Shown: positions 26,746 through 36,611 of the stretch, piece after piece
How the letters are laid out: every line of letters starts with the position of its first letter
Position numbering within the stretch: position 1 is the stretch's first letter
Assembly: GCA_030550175.1 (NCBI GenBank)
Contig: JAUQPW010000005.1
Coordinates: 23,873-87,872 of the forward strand
Source of the DNA: a bacterium
GTDB taxonomy: Bacteria > Moduliflexota > Moduliflexia > Moduliflexales > JAUQPW01
Length of the DNA: 64,000 bases
Reading direction: 5' to 3'
The notes under the pieces: generated by a model
What the model was told of the DNA's origin: nothing
The model's input: only the letters and a program-made list of their open reading frames with translations
The model's database searches: none
Position numbers and translations under genes: made by a program

Positions 26746-27486
26746 CTATCCAACAACCTGCCTTCGAGCCGCTTTAGTTGTACCCAGATAGGCTCTTTTT
26801 ACCTGTTCGTTATTGAGTAGATTTGTAGCCAGATCATGGAGGACAATTTTTCCCGTTTCCATTACATAACCCCGATGGGCTACCTTAAGAGCCATAAAAG
26901 CATTTTGTTCTACGAGAAGAATGGTAGTACCCCGGGTATTAATATCCCGAATGATATGAAAAACCTCCTGTACAAGTACAGGAGCCAGACCCAGGGAAGG
27001 TTCATCCAACAATAGAAGCTTAGGACGGGCCATTAATCCTCGAGCAATGGCCAGCATTTGCTGTTGACCCCCACTGAGGGTCCAACCCAATTTATCTGCA
27101 AAGGGTTTAAGAGCGGGGAAAAGTTCCAGCATTTGCTCTGCTTCTTCGGCTATTTGAGCTTTACTCAACTTAACCCGTCCTGAAGCCCCTAACATGAGAT
27201 TGTCTCGAACGGTCAAACCGGGGAAAATTTTTCTTCCTTCCGGGACATGGGCGATTCCCTTCTGTACGATAACTTCAGGCTTCAAATGATCGATACGCTC
27301 ACCCATAAATTCAATTGTTCCCCTGACCGGACGGAGAAGACCGGAGATGGTTTTAAGGGTAGTGCTTTTCCCGGCCCCATTACTTCCAAGTAAGGTTACA
27401 ACTTCTCCTTCGTTGACCTCCAGGGAGATCCCTTTTAAGGCTTGAATGCTACCGTAATAGGTTTCAATATCTTTAACTTTAAGCAT
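26746..27486 (-). CDS. livF: Branched-chain amino acid ABC ATPase
   Basis: GSNGAGKST, HVPEGRKIFP, LSGGQQQMLAIARGLM..P.LLLLDEPSLGLAP. Confidence 0.93.
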   Translation of the reverse strand: MLKVKDIETYYGSIQALKGISLEVNEGEVVTLLGSNGAGKSTTLKTISGLLRPVRGTIEFMGERIDHLKPEVIVQKGIAHVPEGRKIFPGLTVRDNLMLGASGRVKLSKAQIAEEAEQMLELFPALKPFADKLGWTLSGGQQQMLAIARGLMARPKLLLLDEPSLGLAPVLVQEVFHIIRDINTRGTTILLVEQNAFMALKVAHRGYVMETGKIVLHDLATNLLNNEQVKRAYLGTTKAARRQVVG

Positions 27487-27507
27487 CGCAGTATTCCCTT
27501 TCTAACT

Positions 27508-27588
27508 ATACCCCCCTCCCGAAGCTTCGGAAGAGGGGCCGGGGGTGAGGGCAGAGAACTGCCTGGAATTGACTTAACAAAATACTAG
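27508..27588. repeat. Partial family B element plus CCCTC hairpin at the livG stop
   Basis: GGGGGTGAGGGCAGAGAA...TTGACTTAACAAAATACTAG is homologous to the right end of 24725-24850; its terminal TA lies in the livG TAG. Confidence 0.6.
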
Positions 27589-28358
27589 GTTTGCAAAACT
27601 TCTTCCTTACCCAGGTAGGCTTCTATAACCTCCGGGTTGTTCTGGATTTCCTCCGGAGTACCTTGGGCTATTTTTGCACCAAAATTAAGCACGGTAATAT
27701 AATCTGATATCCCCATGACCAGGTTCATATCATGTTCGACCAACAGCAGGGTTATACCCTGGTTTCGTATTTTAATCAGTAAATCATCCAGGACTTCTGT
27801 TTCATGGGGGTTTAATCCGGCTGCAGGTTCGTCCAGGAGAAGAAGTTCGGGTTCGGTGGCCAGTGCTCTTGCCAATTCCAGCAACCGTTGTTGTCCATAG
27901 GGAAGGCTCTTTGCCGGTCGGTTACGTTTATCCTGGAGTCCTACAAATTCAAGGACCTGCATGGCTTTTTCTTCGATGTGGCGTTCTTCTTTTCTTGCTC
28001 CCGATAAGCCGAATATAATACTTACCAAATCCGATTTGGTACGACAGTGTTGGCCTACTTTAACATTCTGAAGTACCGTCAGTTCTGGAAAAAGGCGGAT
28101 ATTTTGGAAGGTACGGGCCATGCCGTACTCTACCAAAATATGAGGTTTTTTTCCGGTTATATCCATGCCTTTAAATAGAATTTTACCTTCTGTGGGTTGA
28201 TAAATACCACTGAGTATATTGAGGATGGTGGTTTTACCCGATCCGTTAGGTCCGATCAGAGCCCGGATCTCTCCTTTCTGGATGGAAAGATCTACCTTAT
28301 CTACGGCCTTAAGTCCACCGAAGTGTTTACTTAATTGGATGGTCTTTAGAATTTCCAT
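27585..28358 (-). CDS. livG: Branched-chain amino acid ABC ATPase
   Basis: GPNGSGKT, ARTFQNIRLF, LPYGQQRLLELARAL, LLDEPAAGL, VEHDM. Confidence 0.93.
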   Translation of the reverse strand: MEILKTIQLSKHFGGLKAVDKVDLSIQKGEIRALIGPNGSGKTTILNILSGIYQPTEGKILFKGMDITGKKPHILVEYGMARTFQNIRLFPELTVLQNVKVGQHCRTKSDLVSIIFGLSGARKEERHIEEKAMQVLEFVGLQDKRNRPAKSLPYGQQRLLELARALATEPELLLLDEPAAGLNPHETEVLDDLLIKIRNQGITLLLVEHDMNLVMGISDYITVLNFGAKIAQGTPEEIQNNPEVIEAYLGKEEVLQT

Positions 28359-28433
28359 TCTGTTTATTGTTCAGAGTCCATTGTCCGTTGATGGTCTCCC
28401 GGAGTGATTCCTGGCAACGGACAATAAACAAGC
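28359..28433. repeat. Inverted GACAA-family heptamer hairpin (livM-livG junction)
   Basis: TGTTTATTGT...CATTGTCCGTTG pairs with CAACGGACAATAAACA and ends 2 nt from the livG ATG. Confidence 0.7.
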
Positions 28434-29441
28434 CTATTTTTTTGCTCCTACAGAGAGTTCTGCTTTTCTGGGTTCACCTGGCCTGTCCAGTGGTGGAATG
28501 ACTTCGACCGGTTTACCGATTATTCGTTCATGGATCATTTCCAAAAGCCCCCACATACCTGTAGGCAGGAAAATCATCATCAGGAGGACTCCGGCTCCGT
28601 AGACGGCCATATAATAACTTTTAAGGAATCGTAACCATTCAGGTAGAAAGGTTATTAGGATAGCTCCAAGGAGGGTGCCGTAGACCGAGCCAGAACCACC
28701 CAGTACCAGCATGACCAGAAATATTACCGATTGATCAAAAGAAAAGGTATCTGGGCTGATATAACCTGCAGAATGGGCGTAGAGAGAGCCTGCAATTCCT
28801 GCATATAAGGCACTAAACATAAACGCAATAAGTTTATACCGATTGATATTAACCCCAGTTGCGCTGGCAGCCATCTCATTTTCACGGATAGCCTGGAAGG
28901 CGCGTCCTGCCCGGGAGTGTTGGACTCTCAAAGCAACTATACTCAAGAGGATCAGGAAACCCAGGGCGAAATAATAGAACTTCCGGTTATCATCAATGTC
29001 AAATCCCAACAAGGTTGGAGCCGGAATACCCGCAATACCATCGGCACCTCCCGTTAAATCGGTTTCATTTTGAAGTACCAGCCGCACAATAATCCCAAAT
29101 CCGATGGTGGTCATGGCCAGGTAATGTCCAGATAACTTAAAGGAAGGAAAGCCGAGTAGGATACCAAATAAGGCCGATACAGCAGCGGCGGCAGGCAATC
29201 CAATCCAGAAAGATAATTCATGGCGTACCGTTAACAGTGCTGAAGTATACGCACCGATACCCCAAAAAGCGGCCTGGGCCAGAGATAATTGTCCGGTTAA
29301 TCCCAGGGTGAAATTAAGACCAAGGGCTACAATGGCGTAAATTGCTGCCAATACCATCAGATGATGCCAGTAGTCGGTCGTCCAGATGAGTGGAGCCACG
29401 ATGGCAAAAGCCAGAATTAAAAATATAAGAATAAATTTCAT
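28434..29441 (-). CDS. livM: Branched-chain amino acid ABC permease
   Basis: GQLSLAQAAFWGIGAY, L.GHYLAMTTIGF, GRAFQAIRENE.AA, LVMLVLGG.G. Confidence 0.92.
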   Translation of the reverse strand: MKFILIFLILAFAIVAPLIWTTDYWHHLMVLAAIYAIVALGLNFTLGLTGQLSLAQAAFWGIGAYTSALLTVRHELSFWIGLPAAAAVSALFGILLGFPSFKLSGHYLAMTTIGFGIIVRLVLQNETDLTGGADGIAGIPAPTLLGFDIDDNRKFYYFALGFLILLSIVALRVQHSRAGRAFQAIRENEMAASATGVNINRYKLIAFMFSALYAGIAGSLYAHSAGYISPDTFSFDQSVIFLVMLVLGGSGSVYGTLLGAILITFLPEWLRFLKSYYMAVYGAGVLLMMIFLPTGMWGLLEMIHERIIGKPVEVIPPLDRPGEPRKAELSVGAKK

Positions 29442-29524
29442 GACAGGGCTGTGGATGGTAGGTTGTGGGTCGTAGTCGGTTATTTTCTGTTACCACTACT
29501 GCCCATGATCTACAGTCCACCCAA

Positions 29525-30403
29525 TTAGGCCTTTTCAGCAATACGTTCTCCAAAAATCCCCTGGGGTCTAAAGAGCAGAACTGCGATCAATACGAAAAAG
29601 GCAACCCCATCGGTATAAGCAGAATAATATTTACCGGCTATGGCTTCGATGACCCCGACAAAAAGACCGCCTAAAATAGCTCCAGGGATGCTTCCGAAAC
29701 CACCGATAATACTTGAAGAGAAAGCCTTTAAAGCTATAGGCCCTCCCATATCCTTGGTTACATTGAGAATTGGAGCTACCAGAAGAGCTGCCACCCCACC
29801 CAACAGGGCACTATAGATAAAAGTAAGGGCGATCATTTTATTGATAGGGATTCCCATTAATCGGGCCGTCTGTTTATCCTGTGCCGTCGCCTGCATTTTT
29901 TTCCCGAGTAGGGTTTTCTCAAAGAGCAGATATTGCAAAATCAGGAGGATAAGCGTTACTCCTAAAATAAGGAGATGTTGTAAACCTATCCGCAAGCCTC
30001 CGAGGTTAAGGGTACCTGTTTCGAATAATCCCGGGAACCGAAGGGGAATAGCTCCCCAGATATTTTGGGCCAGATTTTTTAGCAAAATGGAAGCTCCAAT
30101 GGTACTGATGACGACAGGCAAAAAAGGACGATTCCGGAGGGGATAATAGGCAATTAATTCAAAAACAAGCCCAAAGACGACCATGGCTGCAAGTACAAGG
30201 GAATAAGCAACAGGAACCGGAAGATACCAGGTAACCAGAGCGGTGATTCCAAAAAAAGCGGGTATCATGATAAACTCCCCTTGGGCAAAGTTTACGATAC
30301 CTACCGCATTATAAATAAGGACAAATCCCAATGCAACCAGAGCATAAATTGCCCCCATGGCAAGGCCACTGATAATCAGTTGCAGGAAAGTTATGAAATC
30401 CAC
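29525..30403 (-). CDS. livH: Branched-chain amino acid ABC permease
   Basis: QLIISGL.MGAIYALVALG, NFAQGEF, MQATAQD, IIGGFGSIPGA. Start moved to GTG 30403 because the upstream extension is translated repeat. Confidence 0.92.
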   Translation of the reverse strand: MDFITFLQLIISGLAMGAIYALVALGFVLIYNAVGIVNFAQGEFIMIPAFFGITALVTWYLPVPVAYSLVLAAMVVFGLVFELIAYYPLRNRPFLPVVISTIGASILLKNLAQNIWGAIPLRFPGLFETGTLNLGGLRIGLQHLLILGVTLILLILQYLLFEKTLLGKKMQATAQDKQTARLMGIPINKMIALTFIYSALLGGVAALLVAPILNVTKDMGGPIALKAFSSSIIGGFGSIPGAILGGLFVGVIEAIAGKYYSAYTDGVAFFVLIAVLLFRPQGIFGERIAEKA

Positions 30404-30407
30404 AGAT

Positions 30408-30481
30408 CTTTGTCCGTTATCCGTTGTCCATTGCCTGAAGCCGTTACAATAGACAACGGATAAGAAACAATCCACAATCCT
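30408..30481. repeat. Inverted GACAA-family heptamer hairpin (livJ-livH junction)
   Basis: TTTGTCCGTTATCCGTTGTCCATTG versus ACAATAGACAACGGATAAG. Confidence 0.75.
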
Positions 30482-30485
30482 CTAC

Positions 30486-31661
30486 TTATTCATTTTCTTT
30501 GATGACCCTTAAAAGAGAAGGTTGACCGTTCTTAATCTGAACCATACTTACTTCATGAAGCCCATCCCCAAACTCATCGAAGTTAAATTCACCCAGGACT
30601 CCTTTAAAACCTTTGGTGGCAAGAATGGCTTCTCGAATCTTTTCTGGATCTGTACCGGCTTTTTTCATGGCTTCGGCGAGAATATACAAGGCATCATAGT
30701 TCCAGGCAGCTAATGTATCCGGTTCAGAACCGTACTTTTTCACATACGCTTCACGATATCTTTTTGCTACCTCACTTTGTCCGGGTACGTAGTCCACCAC
30801 GGCATAAATACCCTCGGCGGCTTCTTTAGCCAAATCCAGGGTAATTTTTTGAGCATTGGAGGGAGATCCTACGACTTTAAAATCCAGACCCAATTCTTTA
30901 ATTTGACGAAGGATTTTTGCATCATCATTGGCGTTGGTTCCATAGATAACCAGGGCTTCAACCCCTGCCGATTTCATGTTTAAAAGTTGAGGTTGATAAT
31001 TCTCTGTTCCCGTAGCATACTTTTCTATAAGCAGGGGCTCTGTACCTAGCTTCTTGAGGGTATCTTTAACGATACCGGCTCCGGTTGTACCAAAGGTATC
31101 ACTGTCATGGAGAATTCCTACTTTGTTGATTTTCAAATCTTCGATAATAAAACGGGCAATGGCGACTCCGGCGATACTATCTGCGGGTCGACATCGAAAT
31201 ATCCAGGGATTTACGACCTTATTATCGATCCGGGTCAATTTGGGATTAGTTCCTCCAAACATGGTGGGTAGGTGAGCTTTTTTTATAATATCACTGACGG
31301 CTTGCATCTGGGTGCTTTTTACCGGACCTACCATGGCGACAACCTTATGGGAATTGATAAGCTTATTGGTTGCTGCAACTGCCCCCTGGTTACTGGATTG
31401 ACTATCTTCGGCAATTAAATCAATGGGGCGCCCATTAATACCACCCGCAGCATTTATCTCCTCAACGGCTAGATCCGCTGCTTTTTTAGATAAATCTCCC
31501 AGATCTGCAGCTAAACCCGTTAGTTCTACATTTAAACCTACCTTGATAGGGGTATTATCCTGGGCCTGTAGCTTCGACCCTGAGCTTATAAAAATCAACA
31601 ACAGGAGAGATATTACACGTAAGTGTAAAGAACCTCCTTGAGGACTTTTTATTTTTGGCAT
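30486..31661 (-). CDS. livJ: Branched-chain amino acid ABC substrate-binding protein (LivJ/LivK family)
   Basis: Signal peptide, IKVG..ELTG..A.LG, EEINAAGGINGRPI.LI.ED, F.G..G...FD..GD. Confidence 0.85.
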   Translation of the reverse strand: MPKIKSPQGGSLHLRVISLLLLIFISSGSKLQAQDNTPIKVGLNVELTGLAADLGDLSKKAADLAVEEINAAGGINGRPIDLIAEDSQSSNQGAVAATNKLINSHKVVAMVGPVKSTQMQAVSDIIKKAHLPTMFGGTNPKLTRIDNKVVNPWIFRCRPADSIAGVAIARFIIEDLKINKVGILHDSDTFGTTGAGIVKDTLKKLGTEPLLIEKYATGTENYQPQLLNMKSAGVEALVIYGTNANDDAKILRQIKELGLDFKVVGSPSNAQKITLDLAKEAAEGIYAVVDYVPGQSEVAKRYREAYVKKYGSEPDTLAAWNYDALYILAEAMKKAGTDPEKIREAILATKGFKGVLGEFNFDEFGDGLHEVSMVQIKNGQPSLLRVIKENE

Positions 31662-32020
31662 ACTTATCTCCTTTCGGTTAACGTGTTTAAAATTGATAGT
31701 AGCTTATTGAGGAAAAATAGTAGATCTCAAAAATCATTTTCGGCGGGGGTGGGAACCTCCGCGGGAGAAAATGGACCTACGAAACCCTCTTTTCCTGCAT
31801 GTTTATTGCAATGTAGGTTAATGTGTTTAAGTTAAACTAGATAGCTTCTTTAAACTTGTCAATAAAAAAGCAAGGGGAACGCAAAGAAAAGTAGAAGCGG
31901 AGTAGGAGTTCATAAGCCGGCAAGGGATGGATCAGTTTACCCGGCCAGAGCTTGCTTCTAATTTCGAGGATCCTGGCTCAAAGGGTCATCTCAGAAGATC
32001 ACGCCGGAAATAGTTTTTGC

Positions 32021-32050
32021 TTGACCGTTCTTTCTTTCTTTAAATATAAT
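32021..32050 (+). promoter_or_regulatory. Sigma70-type promoter
   Basis: TTGACC-18 nt-TATAAT, upstream of the exported-protein/patatin gene pair. Confidence 0.6.
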
Positions 32051-32161
32051 ACCTCTACCCTTAGCTGCTGCTTTTTAGATCCCCGGTTAATCTACCCTAT
32101 TTTTGGATAGAGAATGCTTCTCAGGATGAGAAACAAAATCAATCCAAAGGAAAAAGGAAAG

Positions 32162-32641
32162 ATGAACATGAAAAGAAATAAACCCATGGGTCTTATTAAA
32201 AGTCTTGGTCTGATTCTCCTTATTGAATTAGCCCTTATAAATCCGTCCCTTACTCTGGCTCAAGAAGAAATCCTGCTGGAAACACTGGGAGCAACGACCG
32301 CTCAAGGATTATTCCTTACCCATATGGCGATCGGTACCCTCGTCGATGGGTACGCGGCAAAGGCTTACGATAAAGAGAAAGCAATCCAAATCATGGATGC
32401 TTATATACAAATCTCTCAATCTACCAAGGATGGATTGAATAAGCTTCTTACTTCATATCCCCTCAGTGAGGAGGATACCCGGTATCTTAGAAGGATCATT
32501 TCCACCTATGATCTTCTCATAGCTTCTGCACACGATGTAAAAGCCTTCATCAATACGGGGAATAAATCCCATGTAGAAGCTTATACAAAAGATAGAGATC
32601 AAGCCTGGGCACAGATTTCGGATCTGTTAGGTCTTAAATGA
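32162..32641 (+). CDS. Exported helical hypothetical protein
   Basis: Signal peptide (LIKSLGLILLIELALINPSLTLA-Q) and an amphipathic-helix pattern. AAAGGAAAG lies before ATG 32162; exact start uncertain. Confidence 0.7.
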   Translation: MNMKRNKPMGLIKSLGLILLIELALINPSLTLAQEEILLETLGATTAQGLFLTHMAIGTLVDGYAAKAYDKEKAIQIMDAYIQISQSTKDGLNKLLTSYPLSEEDTRYLRRIISTYDLLIASAHDVKAFINTGNKSHVEAYTKDRDQAWAQISDLLGLK

Positions 32642-32704
32642 GAAGTTCCCTTATAAACCTCCGGGATTTTAAAAATCCCGGGGGACCTTAGAAAGGGGAT
32701 TGAT

Positions 32705-34609
32705 ATGGAAAGCCTCATACCTCTGTTACAAAAAAACCGGATATTCAAATCGGTTCCTTTAGAAGAGTTGGAAAAACTGGCAGCGCTCTTTCGCCGCAAG
32801 TATTACCCCCGAGGAGTTCGGATTTGCCGAGAGGGAGAGGTCAGTAATGAATTCTATATCTTGGTATCCGGGCAGGTGAGGGTTTTGAAAAAGACGGAAA
32901 GTGGAGATGAGATAGAGTTTGCCTACTTGAGTCCGGGTGATTTTTTCGGCGATATGCCCCTTCTGGCCAGCGAGCCCCGATTAACCTCCGTGGAGGTAGT
33001 GATCGATGCCGAAGTCCTTGAAATAACCCGAGACGAGTTCGAAAAAGCCATCGAAACCCATATTCCTATCCTTAAAAATTTGGTAGAACTCTTGAGCTTC
33101 AAGTTACGCCAAAAAAGAGAAACGATCCAAAGCCAGCAGCGAAGCAAATACCCTATCATTACCGTTTATAGCACCGAAGAACGCATCGGTAAAACCTTGC
33201 TTGTGGCCAATCTTGCCGCCAGCCTTGTAAAAGAAACCCGCAAAAAGGTGGTGGTCGTGGACATGGGAATCAAAGAAGAAAGTCTGACCCGGGTTTTGAA
33301 AATCCCTCCTACGAAGCGGATTAATTCTTCCCAAATCGCCTCCGGCTATCTGGAAGAGTGCACCGTAAACCATGAAGGAGGGCTTGAGGTGGTTTCCATA
33401 GCACCGGAGCTCCTAATGGAGGAATCTAAAGGGCGGGAGTCGATTGCTCTCATTCTGGGAATCTTAAAAGATCGTTACGATTATGTCTTGATCGATACAA
33501 GCTCGAAACTGAGTCGGAGTACCTTTGAAGCCCTGGATTTATCCAATATGGTACTTTTTGTTACCTCCAACAGTTCCGAAGAATATCCGTTGATCATCTT
33601 AGATCATCAAGAGGTTAGAACGGTTTTGAACTTATCGGATACGGGGATCGGAGGTATTGCTAAGACCCGAAGGGGATTTCATGTATTACCCAGGGATTAT
33701 GAAGTTTCAACCGCTTTCTTCCAAACAGGGAAACCTTTTATTCTGGATTACCCCCATTCTGAGCTCAGCAAAAGCCTGGAGGCTCTCGCCCGGGATATCG
33801 AAGGAAAGAAAATCGGATTGGCCCTAGGGGGTGGTTCTGCCAGAGGTATGGCCCATATCGGAGTTCTCTATGCTTTGGAAGAGTACGGAATCCCCATCGA
33901 TATGATATCGGGAACCAGTGCCGGGGCACTGATAGGCTCCGCTTATGCGGCCGGAGTTCCTCTCGATATAATTAAAACTTCCGTCCTTAAATGGGGCTCT
34001 AAACTCGGATTACTTCGATTGGCCGATATTCAATTCTTTAAGGCAGGTCTATTCGGAGGGGATCGGGTCGACAAATTATTTCTGGATGTGGTTGGAGACC
34101 CTGATTTCAGTGAGCTTAAAATCCCCTTATCGGTGGTAGCCATGGATCTCAATACAGGGGAGGAAGTTGTGTTTGAAAAAGGAAACGTAAGAAATGCCGT
34201 TCGAGCCAGCTTCTCCATTCCAGGAGTTTTTGTACCGGTTAAATACCGGGATCGTTACTTAATTGATGGGTCGGTGGTAGATCCAGTTCCTGTTAAACCC
34301 TTGTTAGATCGGGGCGCCGATATTACCCTGGCCGTAAGTGTGACACCTCCCCTGGAGACGAGCGAGAAACCCTCCTTTTCTCGATTCTCCATTATGCCCA
34401 AAGTTTTGGATGCCATCATGCGTTCACTTCAAAGCCTTCAGTATGAGATTACAAATATCAAAGCAATGCCGGCCAGTATTTTAATCACCCCGGAGGTGGG
34501 AAATATCGCCTGGGCAGAGTTTTATAAAGCAGACAGGCTTATCGAAGCAGGACGAAAGGCAATCGAACAGGTACTTCCCGAGATTCAAAAGCTAAGGTGG
34601 AATACTTAA
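32705..34609 (+). CDS. cNMP-binding + MinD/CpaE-like + patatin-like phospholipase
   Basis: cNMP domain (FYILVSGQV.V, L.PGDFFGD, R..SV); deviant Walker A YSTEERIGKT and DYVLIDT; patatin GGGSARG, GTSAG, DGS. Confidence 0.88.
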   Translation: MESLIPLLQKNRIFKSVPLEELEKLAALFRRKYYPRGVRICREGEVSNEFYILVSGQVRVLKKTESGDEIEFAYLSPGDFFGDMPLLASEPRLTSVEVVIDAEVLEITRDEFEKAIETHIPILKNLVELLSFKLRQKRETIQSQQRSKYPIITVYSTEERIGKTLLVANLAASLVKETRKKVVVVDMGIKEESLTRVLKIPPTKRINSSQIASGYLEECTVNHEGGLEVVSIAPELLMEESKGRESIALILGILKDRYDYVLIDTSSKLSRSTFEALDLSNMVLFVTSNSSEEYPLIILDHQEVRTVLNLSDTGIGGIAKTRRGFHVLPRDYEVSTAFFQTGKPFILDYPHSELSKSLEALARDIEGKKIGLALGGGSARGMAHIGVLYALEEYGIPIDMISGTSAGALIGSAYAAGVPLDIIKTSVLKWGSKLGLLRLADIQFFKAGLFGGDRVDKLFLDVVGDPDFSELKIPLSVVAMDLNTGEEVVFEKGNVRNAVRASFSIPGVFVPVKYRDRYLIDGSVVDPVPVKPLLDRGADITLAVSVTPPLETSEKPSFSRFSIMPKVLDAIMRSLQSLQYEITNIKAMPASILITPEVGNIAWAEFYKADRLIEAGRKAIEQVLPEIQKLRWNT

Positions 34610-34699
34610 AGACATTCTAAACTCTCAAAGTTGCTCTTCTTCAGGTACAGGATAACGGGGGGTAGAAATGGGAGAAAATATCTTTTTACTTTAAAGGGT

Positions 34700-35047
34700 C
34701 TAGGCAAAATTTTTTAAGGCTTCTTCCTCCGACTTCAAAATAGGGGCATACTGAGTTAACCCGATCATTCCAAAAATCTTCTTAAAATGCGGTGTCAATC
34801 CGTAGACCTTAAAATTAATCCCTTTGGCATTATAACTCGTTACGATCCCGATTAATATGGCAATCCCACTGCTGTTGATATAACTTACATCGGTAAAATT
34901 AAAAATAACTTTTTTAATCCCCTCGCCAACAACGCTTTCCATGGCACCATGTAAAGGTACGTCCGCAAGGGAAGTTACATCTCCCTTCATATCAATAATC
35001 GCCACATCCTCCAATTTCCTCACGTCTACTTTGACTTTCTCATCCAT
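34700..35047 (-). CDS. STAS-domain anti-sigma factor antagonist
   Basis: IIDMKGDV, VIFNFTDVSYINSSGIAILI, IFGMIGL. AGGAGAGG RBS before ATG 35047. Confidence 0.88.
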   Translation of the reverse strand: MDEKVKVDVRKLEDVAIIDMKGDVTSLADVPLHGAMESVVGEGIKKVIFNFTDVSYINSSGIAILIGIVTSYNAKGINFKVYGLTPHFKKIFGMIGLTQYAPILKSEEEALKNFA

Positions 35048-35148
35048 ATAAACCTCTCCTTTAACGGCCGATAATCCATCTTGAACCTCCAGGCTTTTAT
35101 AGCTTTTATTAAAGAGGATGTCAAGAAAAAGTTGAAGGGACTCCCTTC

Positions 35149-36519
35149 TCAATTGTTTAATTTTCTGAATCGGGAGAGACTTTCGGTGGCATAACTGACC
35201 AGCAAGAATTTACTCAGTTGATCCGGTTCTACATAGTAGACGTTTCCTCGATTGATCTCGGCCATACGATTGGCAAAATCGGTTAAATATTTGTCCTGGG
35301 CCAGCATGATAATGTGTAGTCGGACCCCCTTCATGGTGCATAATTCGACTTCCCGAAGCGTTTTTCTTGCGATAATATCATCAACCGGACGGTAAGGATT
35401 TTTATATAATTTTCCATCCAGGCTGCATATGGTGGGATGTCCATCGGTAACCATGATAATTTGTTTAAGATGGTAAGGATATTTCTGGAGAAGCTTTCTG
35501 GAAAGGCGTAAAGCTGCTTCCATATTGGTCCAGAGACGTTCCTGAATTAGAGAGTAAAGCTGAGAGGGGTGAATCAACTCTGCCGTGCTATCCATTCCAA
35601 CTACCCAAATCTGATCTCCCGGATATAAGCTGGTAATCAATTGAAACAATGCCAGGCTGGTCTTTCTGACCGCAACGATACGGTTATCATGGGACATACT
35701 TTCACTTCGATCTACAATAAGGACGGTCGCCATGTTGGATTGATGTTGCAAGAGGTTGATTCTAAAATCTTCTGCATTCAATCGGACGGGCACCTGCATA
35801 TTACGTCGGACTCCGTTAAGGAGAGATTGAACGATATTAACCCGAAAAAGATCTCCATATTCATAGGGTTTCGTTTCATGGGCTTTGATGAGTCCCATAC
35901 CTTTTTCAGGGGTCTCATGTAAACCGAATCCGGCCTTTTTTAAATCTTGAAAAACGGTTCTGAGTAAGCATTGTCCCATCTCCTGCAAAGCTTTAGAGGT
36001 CAGTCGGCCTTTTTCATCTATGTACTGCATCTTTTTCAGTTCTTGTAAAGCCCTTGATTTAATGGCCTGATCAGCCCATGCTTCCTCCCCTTTATCCGGA
36101 ACAGGTTTGTAAAAATCGGATTCCACCTCTTCAGAGGGATAAAGGTCTTTTTGTCGGGTTCCTTTCTTCGAAATAAAGCTTCCGCCGCCGGGCTTTCCCG
36201 ATTCATCGGCCAGGGTTGCAGTCTGTGATCCTGCCTCTAACCCTTCCCCACCGGCTTCGCCTTCCTCTGAAAGGCCTTTTGAAGAGTATAACTTTTCTTG
36301 AATTCTACGGGAAAAGACATCTTTAAGCCGGATCTGACGATTTCCACTATAGATTCCTTTGTCCTGTTGCCGGTCCTCTTCCAACATTCTATCCAGGATT
36401 TCTTCCGGAGAATATCCATCGGCAGCTTTATCTAAAAAACGGGCTTTAAATTCCTCCAAGAGAGAAGCAGTATCCGGAGAATGGGAAGAGCCGGAATAAT
36501 ATTCAAACGTAGGGGACAT
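35149..36519 (-). CDS. VWA-domain protein (chelatase/AAA-partner type)
   Basis: MIDAS residues DRSES, T (WTNMEAAL) and VTDG; N-terminal acidic linker; T.PYEYGD...N. Confidence 0.8.
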   Translation of the reverse strand: MSPTFEYYSGSSHSPDTASLLEEFKARFLDKAADGYSPEEILDRMLEEDRQQDKGIYSGNRQIRLKDVFSRRIQEKLYSSKGLSEEGEAGGEGLEAGSQTATLADESGKPGGGSFISKKGTRQKDLYPSEEVESDFYKPVPDKGEEAWADQAIKSRALQELKKMQYIDEKGRLTSKALQEMGQCLLRTVFQDLKKAGFGLHETPEKGMGLIKAHETKPYEYGDLFRVNIVQSLLNGVRRNMQVPVRLNAEDFRINLLQHQSNMATVLIVDRSESMSHDNRIVAVRKTSLALFQLITSLYPGDQIWVVGMDSTAELIHPSQLYSLIQERLWTNMEAALRLSRKLLQKYPYHLKQIIMVTDGHPTICSLDGKLYKNPYRPVDDIIARKTLREVELCTMKGVRLHIIMLAQDKYLTDFANRMAEINRGNVYYVEPDQLSKFLLVSYATESLSRFRKLNN

Positions 36520-36611
36520 GATGAAACAGGATAGATTTTTAGTTTAGATGCGAAGGGAGTAGACTCCCTTCTCTCACCTTCCCCTGGTTGTGGCCAAGGA
36601 AGGCCAGGAAA

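Noticed and set aside
32705-34609. CBASS/Pycsar-type anti-phage phospholipase effector
   Set aside because: No CD-NTase or cyclase gene is adjacent, and the architecture fits NTE/RssA-like patatins.
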